In this document: in pieces, positions 21,260-24,308 of the stretch
Numbering within the stretch: the stretch's first letter is position 1
Layout of the letters: each line of letters opens with the position of its first letter
Source of the DNA: Octopus sinensis
Taxonomy: Eukaryota
Reading direction: 5' to 3'
Assembly (NCBI RefSeq): GCF_006345805.1
Contig: NW_021836389.1
Coordinates: 1-24,308, forward strand
DNA length: 24,308 bases
Notes under the pieces: model-generated
The model's input: only the letters and a program-made list of their open reading frames with translations
Database searches by the model: none
Told to the model about the DNA's origin: nothing
Made by a program: the position numbers and the translations under genes

Positions 21260-21516
21260 TATTATATTATATTAAATTAGAGACAAACCACTATTATGCA
21301 AATCACAACAATGAAAGACCTTAAGCCAATACATAGATTAATTTATATTATTTAAATATATAATAAACTTATTTAAAAAAATTATTAACGATTAGTAGTG
21401 TGTATATTAAATATATTTTTAATAAATTTGTTATATATTTAAATAATATAAATTAATCATATGTATTGGCTTAGTTTTTCATTGTTTAATTTGCATAATA
21501 GTGGTTTGTCTCTAAT

Positions 21517-21525
<9 letters not shown>
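21260..21525. repeat. AT-rich foldback ending in a (TA)n field (to ~21710)
   Basis: attaaattagagacaaaccactattatgcaaat pairs with atttgcataatagtggtttgtctctaatttaat. Confidence 0.9.
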
Positions 21526-21554
<29 letters not shown>

Positions 21555-21636
21555 TTATATATATATATATATATTATATTATATTGTATATATATATATA
21601 TATATATTATTTATATATTATTATATTATATAGATA

Positions 21637-21688
<52 letters not shown>

Positions 21689-21935
21689 GTATATTATATA
21701 TATACGTATATACACAAATAATTTACATATTAAAACATGGTATAAATTAAGAATTACTGACTAATTAGAGTAGAAATACGTACATGACTTTTAAAAGATT
21801 TTTGGATTTATATGATTGATTAAACACCTACGGCTAAGCTCCAGCGTGGCCAAAACCCAATGCTTTAAGTAATAAAACGCATCACCCACATATCATATGT
21901 ATAACTTGAAATCTCTCCACCACCAACACCATTTA

Positions 21936-21944
21936 GTCTCTTAA

Positions 21945-21977
<33 letters not shown>

Positions 21978-21995
21978 CTCTCTTTCTCTCTCTAT
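21936..21995. repeat. (TC)n microsatellite
   Basis: Direct inspection. Confidence 0.9.
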
Positions 21996-22149
21996 AAACG
22001 ACAAACCAACTTTTCATTATTATTCACCCTTTCTCCTTTACAAATCTACACTTTTATATAATCATTTTATTTCGTCATCTATTCTACTGGTAATTCAGAG
22101 AAAGAAACAAACTAATTTCCTATTCTACTCTCGGTACAAGACCCGAAAT

Positions 22150-22345
22150 TTTGGAGGAGGAGGCCAGTCGATTAGGTCGACCCCAGTACGTAACTGGTAC
22201 TCAATTTATCGACAGCGAAAGGATGAAAGGCAAAATTGACCTCGGCGGAATTTGACTTCAGAACGTAAAGACAGACAAAATACCGCTTAGCATTTCGTAA
22301 ATTTTTTTTCTTTCCCACAAGGGGACAACACAGAGGGGACAGTAC
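22150..22345 (-). mobile_element. Family A SINE, minus strand
   Basis: ggatgaaaggcaaaattgacctcggcggaatttga motif. Confidence 0.8.
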
Positions 22346-22771
22346 AATCTGATATGGGGTCAGATTTAACGTATGAATCGACACAAAGATGGATTTTAAA
22401 ATTTTACATAAATATGAGGAGTTCGGATGATAAAATATACAACATTACAGAATGGAGTGGGGAAACGGGATATGCTTGGACCCCACGAGCGCTGCCTCCC
22501 CACTGATGCTTTGGGTTCATCCTGCATTGTATTCATGCAGTTCCATCCGTACCCAGCTTTCGGGCGACATTCTTCCATCGATTTTGAAACATTTTCGCGG
22601 ACAGGCATTTTCTCTCAAACCCTATTTTCCTTCTTAGGTGGAAGGTGGAGAAATTAAACAACCCAGGGGCAGAGATAGAATGTCTATAATTAACCGTATT
22701 TTTAATTCACACAGCAGTTTAGAGACTCCGCCGTTCGTGCATAATAAACTTTATAATCATTCTAAACAATA

Positions 22772-23490
22772 AGGCGGCGAGCTGGCTGAAACGCTAGCAC
22801 GCCGAGCGAAATGCGCAGCCGTATTTCGTCTACCGTTACGTTCTGAGTTCAAATTCCGCTGAGGTCGACTTTGCCTTTCATCCTCTAGGGGTCGATTAAA
22901 TAAGTACCAGTTACACACTGGGGTTGATATTATTTACTTAATCCGTTTGTCTGTCCTTGTTTGTCCCCTCTGTGTTTAGCCCCTTGTGGGTAGTAAAGAA
23001 ATAGGTATTTTGTCTGCCGCTACAGTCTGAGTTCAAATTCCGCCGAGGTCGACTTTGCCTTTCATCCTTCGGGGTCGATAAATTAAGTACCAGTTACGCA
23101 CTGGGGTCAATATAATTGATTTAATCCGTTTGTCTGTCCTTGTTTGTCCCCTCTGTGTTTAGCCCCTTGTGGGTAGTAAAGAAATAGGTATTTTGTCTGC
23201 CGCTACAGTCTGAGTTCAAATTCCGCCGAGGTCGACTTTGCCTTTCATCCTTCGGGGTCGATAAATTAAGTACCAGTTACGCACTGGGGTCAATATAATT
23301 GATTTAATCCGTTTGTCTGTCTTTGTTTGTCCCCTCTGTGTTTAGCCCCTTGTGGGTGGTACTGAGTTTAAATTCCGTCTAGGTCGAATTTGCCTTTCAT
23401 AATTTCGGGGTCGATTAAATAAGTACCAGTTACGCACTGGGGTCGATGTAATCAATTAATCCCCTTCCCCAAAAATTTTCAAGTCCTTTT
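22772..23490 (+). mobile_element. Family A SINE head-to-tail multimer (~183-bp period, four partial units)
   Basis: gagttc/taaattc at 22845, 23029, 23212, 23364; only the first unit has the full head. Confidence 0.9.
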
Positions 23491-23799
23491 GCCAAGAGAA
23501 GAAATAATAATTCTAGACAACGTGAAATAATCCTCAGAAGACATCCATCTGATAGATAATATTTAAGATTGCGAGAAAACATATTTAATGCATTCCACAT
23601 CAAAATGTTAACATAGGATAAAGAAGTGGGGAGAGAAATGTATGCAGTCACCCACTTTTTGAATGTTTAAACAATTCATACTCTTTCCTACAAGATATAA
23701 ATATTATTTAAAACGAGAACAATTATATTTAGATGCAAATTCAAGAAATATTCTTTTCTACTCAAGACACAAGGCCCCAGATTTGGGGCGAAGTGGCCA

Positions 23800-23945
23800 G
23801 TAGATAAGTGTAATACCAGTACGCGACCAGTACGAAAGGATGAAAGGCAAAGTCGACCTCGGCGGAATTTGAACTCAGAAAATAAAGACAGACGAAACAT
23901 CGCTAAGCGTTTCGCCCGGCGTGCTAACGTTTCTGCCAAGCTAGC
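23800..23945 (-). mobile_element. Family A SINE, minus strand
   Basis: ggatgaaaggcaaagtcgacctcggcggaatttgaactcagaa. Confidence 0.85.
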
Positions 23946-24019
23946 TGCCTTTTCTTTTCTACGATAGGCACAAGGCGAGGGAACAAGTTGATTGGATCGA
24001 CACCAGTATGCAACTGGTA

Positions 24020-24223
24020 TTTATATAATATATATATATATACGTAAACTCCATGCAGTCCATTATCCTTATTTATATAAATTTACATATTCATACATAC
24101 ATACATGCATACATGCATACATATATATACATGCATTCATACATACATACATACAAAGATATATATATATGTATCATATAGATAATATATATATATATAT
24201 ATATAATATATATATATATATAA
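24020..24223. repeat. (TA)n/(TACA)n compound microsatellite
   Basis: Direct inspection. Confidence 0.85.
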
Positions 24224-24229
24224 AGGGGT

Positions 24230-24308
24230 AAAGACCCCCTTCGGTCATGAATGACCATGGGATTGCACCTAGAAAGTTACCCTCCTAGACACAAGTCCGG
24301 GCAAGGTT
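24230..24308 (-). mobile_element. Family D SINE terminus, running off the window
   Basis: gacccccttcggtcatgaatgaccatggg...cacaagtccgggcaaggtt matches 3830-3906. Confidence 0.85.

Noticed and set aside
22396-22657. Possible exon: minus-strand WKNVARKLG (death-domain-like) or a + strand acceptor near 22638
   Set aside because: An in-frame stop follows within a few codons and no consistent exon can be drawn

Overview
Non-coding, AT-rich, repeat-saturated animal DNA. The tRNA-headed SINE families look like those of Octopus (recognised from memory, not verified). No intact protein-coding gene can be supported; most listed ORFs are translated microsatellites or decayed transposons. The window holds many SINE copies, microsatellites, a decayed mariner and a mariner-type TIR element, RTE- and CR1/L2-like LINE 3' fragments, two Penelope-like (PLE) remnants, several foldback elements and a 1.4-kb 20-bp minisatellite. 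The main discovery is an ORF-less tandem array of about 5.2 copies of a ~470-bp unit (17292-19743), preceded by an inverted partial copy. Each unit carries a type I hammerhead ribozyme fold (CUGAUGA / long stem II / GAAA / palindromic stem III / GUA cleavage triplet), so the array resembles a retrozyme. Both PLE remnants also carry minimal hammerhead folds whose core 3-8 pair is covaried (A3-U8 and U3-A8 instead of C3-G8).
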